A stretch of DNA of 64,000 nucleotides from Gekko japonicus. Lineage: Eukaryota. Below are positions 12,033-24,465 of the stretch, piece by piece; position 1 is the stretch's first letter, and the number at the start of each line of letters is the position of its first letter. Made by a program: the position numbers and the translations under genes. The stretch is from the NCBI RefSeq assembly GCF_001447785.1, contig NW_015168689.1, positions 124,001 to 188,000 of the forward strand. Direction: 5' to 3'. The notes beneath the pieces were generated by a model. That model searched no databases. It saw only the letters and a program-made list of their open reading frames with translations, and was not told the DNA's origin.

Positions 12033-13604
12033 CAAATGAAGCTTCCATTGTGGCCCCTTAAAAATAATTGACCAGACATACATAATTTTTATACAACCAA
12101 GAATAAGCCTGATGTTGTTTTAAGGAGGAGAGTGTGCACTCTGCACTCCCTGACACTTTTCTGGTTCCTCCTTGTCCACTGTCCGTGTTCATCTCATTCC
12201 TTAGGATTATGCCTAGGCCATCTGGAGGTGCCTTCTGAAAATCATCCGATGATAGTCAAGACAGAGCCATCTGAGTCAACTTTTTGCAAGGATGACAGCC
12301 GTCCTCTGCACACAAACAACACTTAATGCTAGGCTCCAGGGAGCCTTCTCTGCCCCTATACTTGTTAACATTCATTTATAGGACTGTAAATACCAGCGAT
12401 AGAAATGTTGTGTCACCAGTGGCCCTACAGAGACCTCAGATGCTATATAATGTGATGACTCAGTCCATCACTTGCACTGGAATTTGTCTGTTTCAGTGCT
12501 ACAGTAATTGAACACCTTGGGCCTAGGTCAACTCATCTCATATCAGAAAAATTAACTTTTAGGAGATTTTTGTGAAAGGCACAAGCACTAAAACTCTCTC
12601 TCTCCCCCCCCTCTTTTCTGCCCCCTCATATAGAAAACACTTGGAAATAAAGCTCATAAATACATTTTGGGATAAAGGCAGATACGTCATCGAAAGATGA
12701 TCCAGGTGGGCTGGAAGCAGTCCCACCATTTCAATCAAGGTACTGTCTCCTCTCCCAGAGAGAGCACTATTGTGTCGCTTTTTCAGAGTGATAGATTTGA
12801 ATGGGTGAAAGCTAGCGGTGGGCAGCACTGATTGCCTAGAGCCCGTGTGCCTCCTCCACTCCCTGGATCAAGGGCAAATACAGCAATCGGTGCTGCTGGG
12901 CTGTATGTAGCTGAAAGGGATGGTCACAAGTTGTACAGGACTTGTGACACACTAATTGTGTTTTGCTAGAGACTATAACACACTGAGTATGTTAGTTTTA
13001 TTGCGCAGTTGGACATGTCCTCACCTTTCCGTAATTAAGAACGCAGCATCTTCCAGCCTAAATTTCTAGTCTGGATCCCAGGAAAAACTGTCACCTAGCA
13101 TACAGCCATGTAGGAAACGCACACAAAATACAAGATCGGTACCATACTGTATAAATAAAAATTGGATATTTTATCTTCAAATAATGGCTGCTTGTCCTTG
13201 TGGTTTCAAGGGGGCAATTTAGGCACATTTCTTCCTACCACTGAATATAGAGGCTTCCGTTGTGTATTAACACACAGACTCACCACCCCACTGATGATAT
13301 TCGGTGTTCAAAGCAGATCCGTCACTTGTTTGTCCCTATAAGGCACTTTATTGCAAAATTTCAAGAAACGGCACATGAAAATTTCATGCCTCCAGGTGCT
13401 CCATGGATTATTCATGAAGCTTGTGGCGCTGTCACCATGGGAGCCAATGGGCGACAATGTATTTAGCATATTAATGCCTTTTTTTTATTTAGAGCAAGAG
13501 GAGCTATATCACGCCACCTGGAATGCGAGTGGCAAACTGCTGTCTCTAATAGCTTTGCAATGTGAAATAAGGAATGGGAATATTTTCTGGAGGCAACCTC
13601 TGTG

Positions 13605-13629
13605 GTGTGTGTGTGTGTGTGTGTGTGTG
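13605..13629 (+). repeat. (TG)n microsatellite
   Basis: Read directly from the sequence. Confidence 0.95.
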
Positions 13630-16017
13630 ATACACACAGAGACAAACTCCCCTTCCCAAGCACAGTCTTTCAAATGAAATGTGAACTTCCTCAAGATTTG
13701 TTTTCATAATAACGCTTTCTCCTTATCTGCTGTGAGCCTGGGCTCATTACACGGTCTGTCCTACTGCTGGAGTACAGGCTCTGGAAAGATTTTAATAGGC
13801 AGCCCATGTGATTTGCCAGACATTACATCAGAATGATTTAATACACCAAGGGCAAGATTGTATGTCAGGTCCAGCTGCTATTACAGTTTCTTCGGCAGGT
13901 TAGCTGGATGGGTTTTAGAAAGCTGCTACTAAACGATTGCCATTCATATTCTGTTTGTGATTCTTAGTGGGGATGGAGCTCTCACAATGTGCTTTCTTTG
14001 TCCATCTTTTCAGTCATTTGCACTGGAGGTCTCTCATGCGGCTGCCAAAGGAGCTTTAAACATTTCATTGAAATGAAACTGCCGAGGAAAAAGGAAGCGA
14101 ATGGGTGTGTGGAATCAGAATTTATGAACTGGATGTATAAAGCCATCTTAAACATTGATAGCTTGAGCATTAGCGATTCACTTTGATATGCACACCCCAG
14201 CCCTAATTCAGCTTTTCAAGATGGAGCTGGAGAAAATGTCTTCTTCTTCTTCAGAGGAAAGAGGAACATGCCCCTGGCATTTTAAAGAGAGGTAATATGG
14301 ATATATCGGTGCCCATCTCAATGAAGTATAGAGAGACATTATAGTGTACTTGTCAGGATGCTGGACTAGGATCTGAGAGACCCTGATTCAAATTCTTACT
14401 CTGCCACAGACACTTGCAGTGTGACTTTGGGCCAGTCACATTCTCTGAGCCTCACCTACCTCACAGGGTTGTTGTGATGATAAAATGGAGGAGAGAACAA
14501 TGTAAGCTGCTATGAGTCTCCCCCCCCCCCATTGGGGAGACAGGGTGTAAATAAAGTCAATACAATAAATAATGAACAAACTAGGAAGTCCCTAGATCAA
14601 ATTTTACCTCTGCCACGATCTCATCAGGTAGCCTATTGCAAGCTACTTGCGCTGTACTACCCCCTCCCCACATCTGCAGAATAGGGGAGAATAATACAGG
14701 CATACCCTACTGGTTAGTAGAATGATATATTCAAATGTTTTTGGCAACTGGAGATGCACTATAGCAATATAAAGTGTTAATACTATCAAATTGGCATTTA
14801 ATTCAAATATCCAGGTTCTCAATCTATAAACATTCCTGACAGATTAGTTTACAAGATGCTTATTACAGTGTGCAAAGAATAAACTGAATAAAAATAACCC
14901 AGGATCAAATGTGAGAAAATGTACTTTTCTTCAGGTCAGTAAGGTCCTCCAGAATCACTAACTAATCTCACCTAATTCAAATTGCTTTTCTGCCTCCAAA
15001 TGCTTAAATTGTTCCCTCTTAAACCAGAAACAAATCCTGTGTACCTAAGTGATAAAACCAGAGGGGCAGCTGTGTTAATCCCATTGCAGCAAAAAATCAG
15101 GACAGCTTCAATTTTTTTTTAATCCTAGCATGCAGGTGGGCAAACTCTGAAACTTATGCTGAAGGGTGCCACACCGCACCATGTTGCTTGGCCCAGTGGC
15201 CTCCTTTCACAGTGGAACAGTGCTTGGCACAATGGCTGCCATCTCCAAAAGTGGGGTTGTGGTTGAATCAGGCAAGAATGGAGCATAATTCTGAGGATGC
15301 TTCTTTGTGGGTGGGGGCACCTGGAGCAGTAATGGCACCATCTGGACATTACTCTCAGAGAGTGACACCAGTCCTGTCCCAATGGATTGGTGCTTTTCTT
15401 CACAAGTGCACCTTTGTTGCGCAGTTTGCTCAGACCTTGAGGCAGGTGTCTGTCTGAAGAACACCATCTGTCTGAAGAACAGACCCCCCCCCGTGCCACT
15501 GCCTCCCCTCAGGAGGAGACTCCTCTATGACAGGCACAGCCCTCATCCCCCACTTTTCTTGCTGGCACATTAACACTTTTTAGATGTTGTGTTTCTTTTG
15601 ACATTCAGGCCAAAAAGATTGCCTACCGCTATCTAGCATAAGATTTCATGAACTAGAGCCCATTTGTCAGATGCATGTTGTGTGTCCTCACCAGGCAGAC
15701 ATTTGTGTGTCCTCACTAGGCAGATATTTGGGGGTAGTTGCAAACAGCAGAGTCCAAGAACCATGAAATGTAGGCAGTACAGGGTGACAAGGTTCACATG
15801 TAACCAAAAAAGTACAATGATCCTTCACAATGGCAGCAATTTGGTCATAGTGCAGTCTCTCTCCTTTTGCTGAACTGTTTTAATAGTTGTTTTAACTGTT
15901 TTAACACCCCTCCCCCTTTGTTCTTGGGGGAGATAGTATTCAAACTTCTTGTTGAATTCTAATTCAGCAGTTTTACACTGGAGTCTCTCTTTGCATTTCT
16001 TTTATTGTGCTTTTTTA

Positions 16018-16330
16018 TTATTAATTTTTTTTTTATTCATTAACACAAATTGTTACTACATCATCATGAATATTTTTCGTTTGGTTTACATAGTTATAAC
16101 AAGTTGAATGAATCACACTGCATTACCCATAACAATACAAAGCTTATAATTTCAGTATATATATTTATCATAGCTTGGGCTTTTGGTGAAAAGTTGAGTC
16201 TATTTTAATGATAGAACAGACAACAATGTATCTACAGCTGATAACTAATTTTGTGTAACACTAAACATTTGTAGAGATGTGAGAAGAAACATTCAAACAA
16301 TTAAAGAGAAAAGACATAAATGAGAGCGGG
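16018..16330 (-). mobile_element. Short poly(A)-tailed retroposed insertion (probably L1 3'UTR) with 18-bp TSD
   Basis: TTTTATTGTGCTTTTTTA at 16000-16017 and 16331-16348. T-run at the left end, which reads as AATAAA/poly(A) on the minus strand. Confidence 0.8.
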
Positions 16331-18274
16331 TTTTATTGTGCTTTTTTAGATCAGCAACATAAAGTCCTGGGACTTTGCCATGTTCTTCCACTGATTTATG
16401 AATATTGCAATTTTTATGTTAGATTTATGCTTGTTATTCTTTTGCTTAGTTACTTATCTGTTTGTAGGGTTTCCACCACTGCTTTGGGGAATGCTGGATA
16501 TTTGTGGGGGAGGATGCCGGGGGGGTGGAGTTTGGGGAGGCGATACTCTACATTGTTTCCTGTAGTCTTTATGGTCATTACCACAGAGAACAGGGGAAAT
16601 CCTAGAGCATCACTATGTGGAGGCCATTTCCCCCCCCACTCCTCAGTTCTTCTGAGGGGGAAAATTGGGGCTGGAGGTTAATAATGCCCTGTCCTGGTCA
16701 GGTAAACATTTGTCCTGTATAGAAAGGAGAAGGGCATTGTTGACACATGGTGGGATATATTACATTGATGGATGGATTAACAAGTGGATGTGCCCAAGAT
16801 AAGATGGTGGAAATTGTTAGGTCCTACAATAATGTTGCTTGAGCAGAAATGCGGGAACAGAGTGGACCTCTGGTTTGTTTCAGGGTCTACTTAGACTGGC
16901 CATATTTGGGCTGTACTGAATCTTCTAACACACATGTGTCAAATTATGTATTTAGCATTTTGTGATCAATTCTTCACTTTCAGGATTGTTTCCAATTTTG
17001 GCTTTCAGGTTCTCAGAAAAAATGGGGAGTAAAAATTAAACAGACTGTCATTTTTCACTCAGTTTCAGCAGGCAGTGCCTAATTGAATGGCATACATTAC
17101 ACAAAAACTAACCCCCAATAAAGTTCCTTTCCAAAAAGATGAAAGGTCATATTTTGAAAAGGAAAGACCGTGATCTTGGCAATTACAAACAGGTTAAGCC
17201 AAGACTGATTTTAGGGGAATGGAAAAGCTAACATGAGACCAGTTAATTAGGTTTTTACATGACCAATGCATGCCTAAGTGAGCATTCATGGAAGCTGCGG
17301 AAAAAATCTGGAACACAAAAGAGATATATATTCAAATGCATATGACAGATTCATAAAGGTTATAAAATAAGCTGCGGTCCAGAACTTGAGTTTCCAACCT
17401 CAAGGTGGGCCTGGAGTTTTCCTGGAATTACATATCATCTCTAGATTTCAAAAATCAGTTGCCTTTGAGAAAATGGCAGCTTTAGAGGGTGGACTTTATG
17501 ATATACCATAGAGGCTAGAAGAAATGCAAGTCCTACAGCTCCCTCCCCTCCCAAAACTCTGCCCTCCCCATTCACTGACCCAGATCTCCAGGAATTTTCT
17601 GAGCTGGAATTGGCAGCACTATTCAGAACATATCCCCTCTAACCCACAGATTTCTTGCAAGTGCAGGAGTTCCAGTGGGGACAGCATAGATGTTCTTTAT
17701 TTGCATCTGAGTACACATGGAATTGTATTGCGGCCAGTGTCTGAGTAATATAGCTGACCAACATAACCTTTACTCCTAAAGTGAGCTTTACCAGGTGGAA
17801 AAGTGAATTTAGCTACACATTAGATCCTTTAAAAGAGTGTATGGGCTCTGTGTTCATTGAAAGTAAATGAAGCCTTACCCAGTGGGATGGTTTCCATCAT
17901 TATCAAATCAATACTATCTGCCTATCAACTAATAGTATTATTGTGAACTTCTTTGAAATCCATTATGTCTGAAAGAGGCATGCAAATACTATAAATAAAC
18001 AATACATTTACTTTCTATCCATAATGAATCCGTATTGCTTGGCTTAAGTGTTCGATAAGCTGAGTTACCATATCCAACATTATATTTAGTTAGTACATTT
18101 ATATCCTCCCTCCCTGCCTCCAAGGAATTCATCAGCAGAGCAAATCATTCTCCTTTCCTCCATGTTATCTTTACAATAATGGTGTGATGTAGGTTAGGCT
18201 GAGAAAGAGTGAATATTCTCAGGTTACCCTGTGACCTTCATGGGCAGATCTCCCAGATTCTCATCTGACACTCT

Positions 18275-18509
18275 GACTGATTCCCCACAAGCAGCTGTGC
18301 CGCCCTCGCTCTTCTGTTTCCCCCACTTGCATTGGTCAATTTCTATTCTCTGCGCGGCTGCATTTTGACCCACAGCTCCCCCTGATTTCCCCCCCCCCTG
18401 TGTCTTCTCGATCTCAAAATGCAGCTGCACAGCAGATAGTGTGAAATTGACCAATGCAAGCAGGGAAAACAAGAGCGAGGGCAACACAGCTGCTTGTGGG
18501 GAATCGGTC
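18275..18509. mobile_element. PIF/Harbinger-type fold-back MITE inserted in a SINE
   Basis: Long inverted arms gactgattccccacaagcagctgtg/cacagctgcttgtggggaatcggtc and a 3-bp TSD TCT. Confidence 0.8.
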
Positions 18510-18609
18510 TCTAACTACTAGTATACCATGCTGCTTCTAACACTAAGCAGTGTAGGCTCATTGAGATCAATGGGTTTAGACTGATGTAACTTTGCTTAGG
18601 ATTGCGCTG

Positions 18610-18770
18610 TTCCATCTGCTCAGACTGGCAGCAGCTCTCCAGGCTCTCAGCCTGAGGTCTTGCACATTCCTTTTGCTACCTGACCTTTTCATCTGGAGAT
18701 GCTGGGGACTAGACCTGGGACCTTCTGCGTGACAAGCAGATGCTCTACCAGTGAGCCACAGCCCCTCCTC
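18610..18770 (-). mobile_element. tRNA-derived SINE (second family; another copy at 45165-45345)
   Basis: Reverse-complement tRNA-like head ggctgtggctcactggtagagcatctgctt...aggtcccagg. Confidence 0.7.
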
Positions 18771-19020
18771 AAAAGCAACCCCGAGTCATCAAAAGCAACA
18801 CATTTGGGGGGCTTCTAAGCACCCATTTGGTGAGATTGGATCACGTTGCCCAGACTGGCATCATGCCTGGTTGGATATAATGCGAGCATCAAAAAAAATG
18901 TAAGAATGGGGTGAATCCTCCCCCTTTCCTACCACTTAACTGAGCAAAGTTTATTTACTTTTTTGTTTATTAAAACAGTTATACCCCACATTTTCTTTTT
19001 GGCTCAAGTTCAAAGCCAAA

Positions 19021-19661
19021 AAGTTCTGGTCACCACACCTTAAAAAGGATATTATAGCTTTGGAAAAGGTGCAGAAAAGGACAACTCGAATGATAAAGGG
19101 GTTGAAACACTTTCCCTATGAGGAAAGGTTAAGGCGCTTAGGGCTCTTTAGCTTGGAGAAACGACGACTGAGGGGTGACATGATTGAGGTTTATAAGATT
19201 ATGCATGGGAAAGAGCAGGTAGAGAAAGAGGTACTTTTCTCCCTTTCTCACAATACAAGAGCTCGTGGGCACTCCATGAAATTGCTGAGCGGTCGGGTTA
19301 GAACGGATAAAAGGAAGTACTTCTTCACCCAAAGAGGGATTAACACTTGGAATTCACTGCCATAGGAAGTGGTGGTGGCTACAAGCATGGACGGCTTCAA
19401 AAGGGAATTAGATAAGCATATGGAGCAGAGGTCCATCAGTGGCTATTAACCACAAGGTATAGATAGGGACTCTGGGGCAAGTGATGCTCTGTCATCTTGG
19501 TGCTTGGGGGGGGGGGGTCAACAGTGGGAGGGCTTCTAATGTCCTGGCCCCACTGGTGGACCTCCTGATGGCACTGGTATTTCTGGCCACTGTGTGATAC
19601 AGAGTGTTGGACTGGATGGGCCTTTGGCCTGATCCAACATTGGCATCTCTTATGTTCTTAT
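19021..19661 (+). mobile_element. CR1 LINE 3' end
   Basis: [44 protein letters not shown], with a ttatgttctta tail. Confidence 0.93.
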
Positions 19662-21009
19662 ATTCAAAGCCACCTTCCAATCTAAGGAGGCTTCTTCCAA
19701 TGTAAGTGGAGGAAGAGCCACTTAAGTAGAGGAAGGCTCTTTAGACTAGAGGAAAGCTTCTCGGAGGATGCTTTGATCCACCCAAATATCCTTTCAGCCT
19801 TACTTACATGTCAACTTGAGTACTGATCTAAGCACAGAGTTTTCTAAAAGGCATCTGAACGCCAAACCAAGCATTGCCTTCAAAGCAGCTGAAAACAGCA
19901 GAGTGCATTGAGTCAAGTCTTTTCCATGTAATATCTCATAGAGCTCACTTTGTGTTGTAATGATATGCAACATTTCCCCCAAGGAGCTGAAGGCAAGGAA
20001 TAAAGTTTCTCTTCCTCCTGCTTTTATCCACCACCACAACCATATATGATAAGTTAGGCTAAAAGGCAGCCCAAAATCGCCCAGGTGCAGTCCCGAGCAA
20101 AGTGCCACCTTCTAAAGTCCATTGATTTCAATGGAGTTAGAAGGGCGCAACTGTACTTAGGATCCAGGTTTCTCCATTCTCATGTGGACCAAGATTCTTC
20201 ATTTGTGTTGGGAAAGGGCTAGTTTACATAAAGTCCTACTCAACATGCATTGTCAGTTCTAGTACTGTAAATAATGTTAACTGGCAAGCAAGCTACTGTG
20301 ATAGAACTTTAAATTAAAAAATACTTTAGAGAGTTGGATCTTTATATGCTCCAAAATGACTACCAATGTAACACACACCATACTCAGGGCAGCCCTATTT
20401 AAAGCTGTCCTTGCACAACAGTGCCACTAGGAATTTTCTTGACTTAATTCAGCACTGAATTTGGTTGGAGAGTTTGTGGAATGTCATCGGAAGGGTTCCA
20501 TTGCCAAAATATAATGCAGTGCTACCCAAGCCTGTTACTTTTTCCTAATGTACAACTCCCTATGCAAATCATTTGTATGCATGTCCCTTCTTTAATTAAA
20601 AGGCTTTGCTTTTATGTTTTTGTTTTTATAGCGAGAAAGGGAAATACATGGAAATATGGTCTTCTAGTGCAATTCAGGATAGAAGTGTCCACAAAGAGAG
20701 TCCAAAGGACAGAAACCTGGGTTTAGTTCTATATAACATCAGTAGCAGCTAATGCAATCTTGCTCTGATGGGCAGTGGATTTTTCAGATCTCAGTCATAT
20801 TGGTTGAAATTATTTATCGGGAAATGCCAGGAATAAAACCTGGGATGCGTTTCAAGCACATGGTCAGTTAACTAAGCTCTAGCTCCTTCACTGTGAACCA
20901 GAAACTCCATTTCTTGCTGCTGCCCCAACTGAACTAGATGGCAAGCTGTCCCCTCTTTGTATCGGTTCCCACCACCCATTTCTTTTCTTTTCAGTTTTTT
21001 TTTTAATTT

Positions 21010-21226
21010 TGTGTGTGTGCACCTGGTAGTCATGGCAACCCCTGGTGACTGACCCCTACTGGGGTCCTGGAGGATATTCAGGTAGGTGGCTGAATAAAGG
21101 CTGCCCCCACCTCCTGACTGCTGGTATTCCAAGGAGGTCTCCCATCCAAGTACTTGCCAGGCTTAACCCTGCTTAGGTTCCAAGATCTGGCGAGATTGGG
21201 CTAGCCTGGGCTATTCAGGTCAGGGC
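21010..21226 (-). mobile_element. 5S rRNA-derived SINE (SINE3-type)
   Basis: 21120-21226 is the reverse complement of a degenerate 5S rRNA (ctaagcagggt...agtacttggatgggagacc...gaatacc), followed by a non-5S tail. Confidence 0.8.
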
Positions 21227-23379
21227 ACCACCACCCATTTCTGAGGCAGACAGGGAACTTAAGATCTAAGTGTGATGACATGAAATTTGGGCCGGACAGC
21301 ACAGAAAGAAAACCCTTGTTCCCTTCAGCCCAGATAGGAAAGAATGGCTGGAAGGTGCACGATGTGACAATCTAGTTGAAAACAAACAGTCTGAGTCTGG
21401 TCAGTGCCGGGATGGAGGACCACCTGGGAACTCTGTAAACACTGCCGGGTGTTTCATGTTGCAAAAGGTGGGGGAGGGGTAGAAATGTGATAACTGGTTC
21501 TTCCTTGTTTCATTTAAGCCAGGCACTATTTCAGTGCCTACTGCACTGTATCAGTGCAATGCTTAAGTAATGAGATGTTTAAGTAATGCAAGCCAATTAA
21601 AGAAAGGAGGATATACAGTTTCTGATGTTGCTGTTTCTCTGGTGTTAGCATGTGCAACCGTCCTTCCATTGAAACAAAGGTCCTTAGATTCATGCATATA
21701 ATTGACTCACCTACCAAAGGAACAAGAGTGCTGGTCAATGCTGCTTCTGTCAGACAGGGAAGGAGCATGAAGTAGAGGGAATTCAAAAGATGGCTTTAAG
21801 TTCTGGTCTTTCCTGCTGCTATTCTATTGTGGGTATGCAAACCACAAAAGAGTATTGTATGTTTCAGAGAACTGCAGGTTTATAGTCACAAGGACATCTA
21901 AAAAAACCAACACTACATTTATTGTGACTAGTGCACAAGAGGCTAGTTGCTTGCTCTCTGTAACCCCACTAAAAACAAAGAGAGCTTGCCATACTTTAAA
22001 TGACAGCCTCATTAAAACTAAAGGAACATAACTGCTAAGATAAAGATCAGAGAATCTGGGGGGGGTAGGGTTTGAATAAATCCACCACAAACATTTTGAA
22101 ACACATATTTTTCCAATTAATATGATTTGGAGTGCCACACCGACATGTTGCTCTAATTAGACAATTGTACTGTTCAAAAATAAATACTGACATTTGTCAG
22201 GCGTGCCGCATTTGGTCGGTGGATGAAATGTTCCTGTGCTTTGCATTTCATTTGGATATCTGTTTCTCCTTTAAAAAAAATCCTGCTTCAGTTCCCCAAA
22301 ACTGGACTTACAGAGTCATAGCTAACTGATTCTATATTGTTTTGTTTTGCATCATTGAGAGCATCCAGGTAATCTACTTTTTCCAACCTTCCCTTCCCTT
22401 ATTTCCTTCAGACAGGCAACCATCAAAATGTAAAGGAAAAACCCTTTTGAGGGAAGAGAAACCTACTTCTTCCATGGTGGTCAGAAAAAAATGCAATGTA
22501 GATATACACCAACTGGTACACTTAGGCTTGCCAACTCACCCACTGTGACAGCAGATCTCTTGCCACTGCCCCAGACCCCTGCTGCTGCTGCTGAAATAAG
22601 CTGTATGTGGGGGAGGATGTTGTATAAATGTTGGCATCACTGCTGGCTCCAGTCCTGAAGTAACATTACTGGCGCTCTAGAATTTCACAGATCTCTGTAG
22701 TTTATCATAGATACTGGCGAAATTCTAGAATGTCAGTGATGTTGATGCGTGCATGATGTCTGTAGGACTGGAACAGAGATTCTCACCCGGGGGATCTACA
22801 ACAAACCTTTTTGGAACTAAAATATCCACTTGATTAAGTCAAGAAACAGATTAACGAAGCCAGATTCTTTCTCAAGAAGTGCTTTAACAATTCCTTGTAT
22901 AAATTATTTTCTGGAACCGATCTCCATCCTTATAACAACATGTGCACTTTTCCCATGGAAAAGCTGGAAACGGCTTGTACATCCAGGGAGCCATCAGATC
23001 GCTTCTCCTGCAGTGACAGGATTGTGGATCGCTTCTCTCACAAGTAGCAAGTTCTGGAAGAAGAATACTTTTGGATTATTCATTTGCAGTAGCAGGACAC
23101 GTAGAAAAGAGAATCCCTGCACTATTTATTTCCAGTGATATTGTCTCTTGTTTATGTATGAACTTTGTGGTGCATCAGAATTTATGAATTTATTTCCACA
23201 TTGTATACATTTTGACTACATTTGCTTATTATTAGGATTATTATATTTAAAATATTAAGATATATATTATATACATTCTTTATAGTTTATTAAGAACATT
23301 TACTTTCTTATTTTTAGATTTTTGTACACTGTTTTCTTTGTTTGGATATGTTCCACCGTGGTCCCTATTTTTGTCTCAC

Positions 23380-24184
23380 CTGGAGATTGGCAGCAATGGT
23401 CTCCTTGGAGGAAAAGGGCAGTCTTTCTCTGCAATGGGGACCAAAGCAGCTTACATCATTCTCCTCTCCCCCTTTTGACTTGCACAACGACCCTGTGAGG
23501 TAGGTTAGACTGAAAGTCTGTGACTGGTCCAAAATCACCCACTCAACTTCCACAGCAAGAACCTGGGTCTAGCAGACCCTGCTCTGAACTGCTAACTGCT
23601 ATGCCTAGGGTAGCCAACCTCCAGGTGGAGCCTGAAGATCACCGGGTATCAAAACTGAACTCCAGACAACAGATCTCTCCCCCCCAGGAGAAAATAACTG
23701 CTTTGGAGGGTGGGCTCTATGGCATTCTATTCAGCTGAGGCCACTCCCCTCCCCAAAATCTGACTTCCTTAGATTCCACCACAGAATATCCAGGAATTTC
23801 CCAGCCTGGAGCTGACAACCCTAATCAGGACTGGCTCCAATGAGTTCCCCACAAACACCTGGAAAGGGCTTCCTTCCTTTGCCTTTTTACTGACAGAACC
23901 AAGCTTGGTTGCCTAGCAACAGCCACTGAGGGAAAAGTTAGTCTCACAGGAGCCAAGCAGCAGAAGTGTCCATCAGGAGAGACAGCCGTTTTGATAGTTT
24001 GTTCTGTGAGGGAAGAGTGTCCAGGCTGGCAATGGGCGGGGATGAGGAGCGGACTCTGCACTCAGCCAATGGCATGCGTGTACTCTTGAGTGGTGGTTGA
24101 TGGGCCAATGGCTGATGGAGTGCACTGCACAGCCAATGGGAGAGCTGGAAATGGCCAATACATAAGGGAATTATATATATAGGA
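23380..24184 (-). mobile_element. Non-autonomous Helitron-like element, copy C (3' truncated)
   Basis: Minus-strand start A|TCCTATATATATAA at 24184. 23830-23925 aligns inverted to 43083-43197. The same MITE and SINE cargo follows. Confidence 0.65.
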
Positions 24185-24299
24185 TTTGCTTCACTATGTT
24201 TTCCCCCGTAATTAAATCCAAACAAATAGTGACCATATAAACTAAGCTTGCTATTCCTGTTTGGTCCTTGCATCTGTTAAACATCTTCATTATGTTGTA

Positions 24300-24465
24300 A
24301 GCTAATTTGCTACTAACATGTTAACTTCCATTTCAATGTATCTGAGGAAGTGTGCATGCACACAAAAGGTCATACTTTGACTAGAACTTTGTTGGTCTTA
24401 AAGGTGCCACTGAACTAGAATTTGTTCTTTTGCTTCAGACCAACATGGCTACCCACTTGAATCTA
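24300..24465 (+). mobile_element. Penelope-like element terminal repeat remnant with hammerhead core
   Basis: ctgaggaagtgtgcatgcacac(a)aaag...gttggtcttaaaggtgccact...cagaccaacatggctaccc, which I recognise as the usual sauropsid Penelope pLTR end. Confidence 0.75.
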
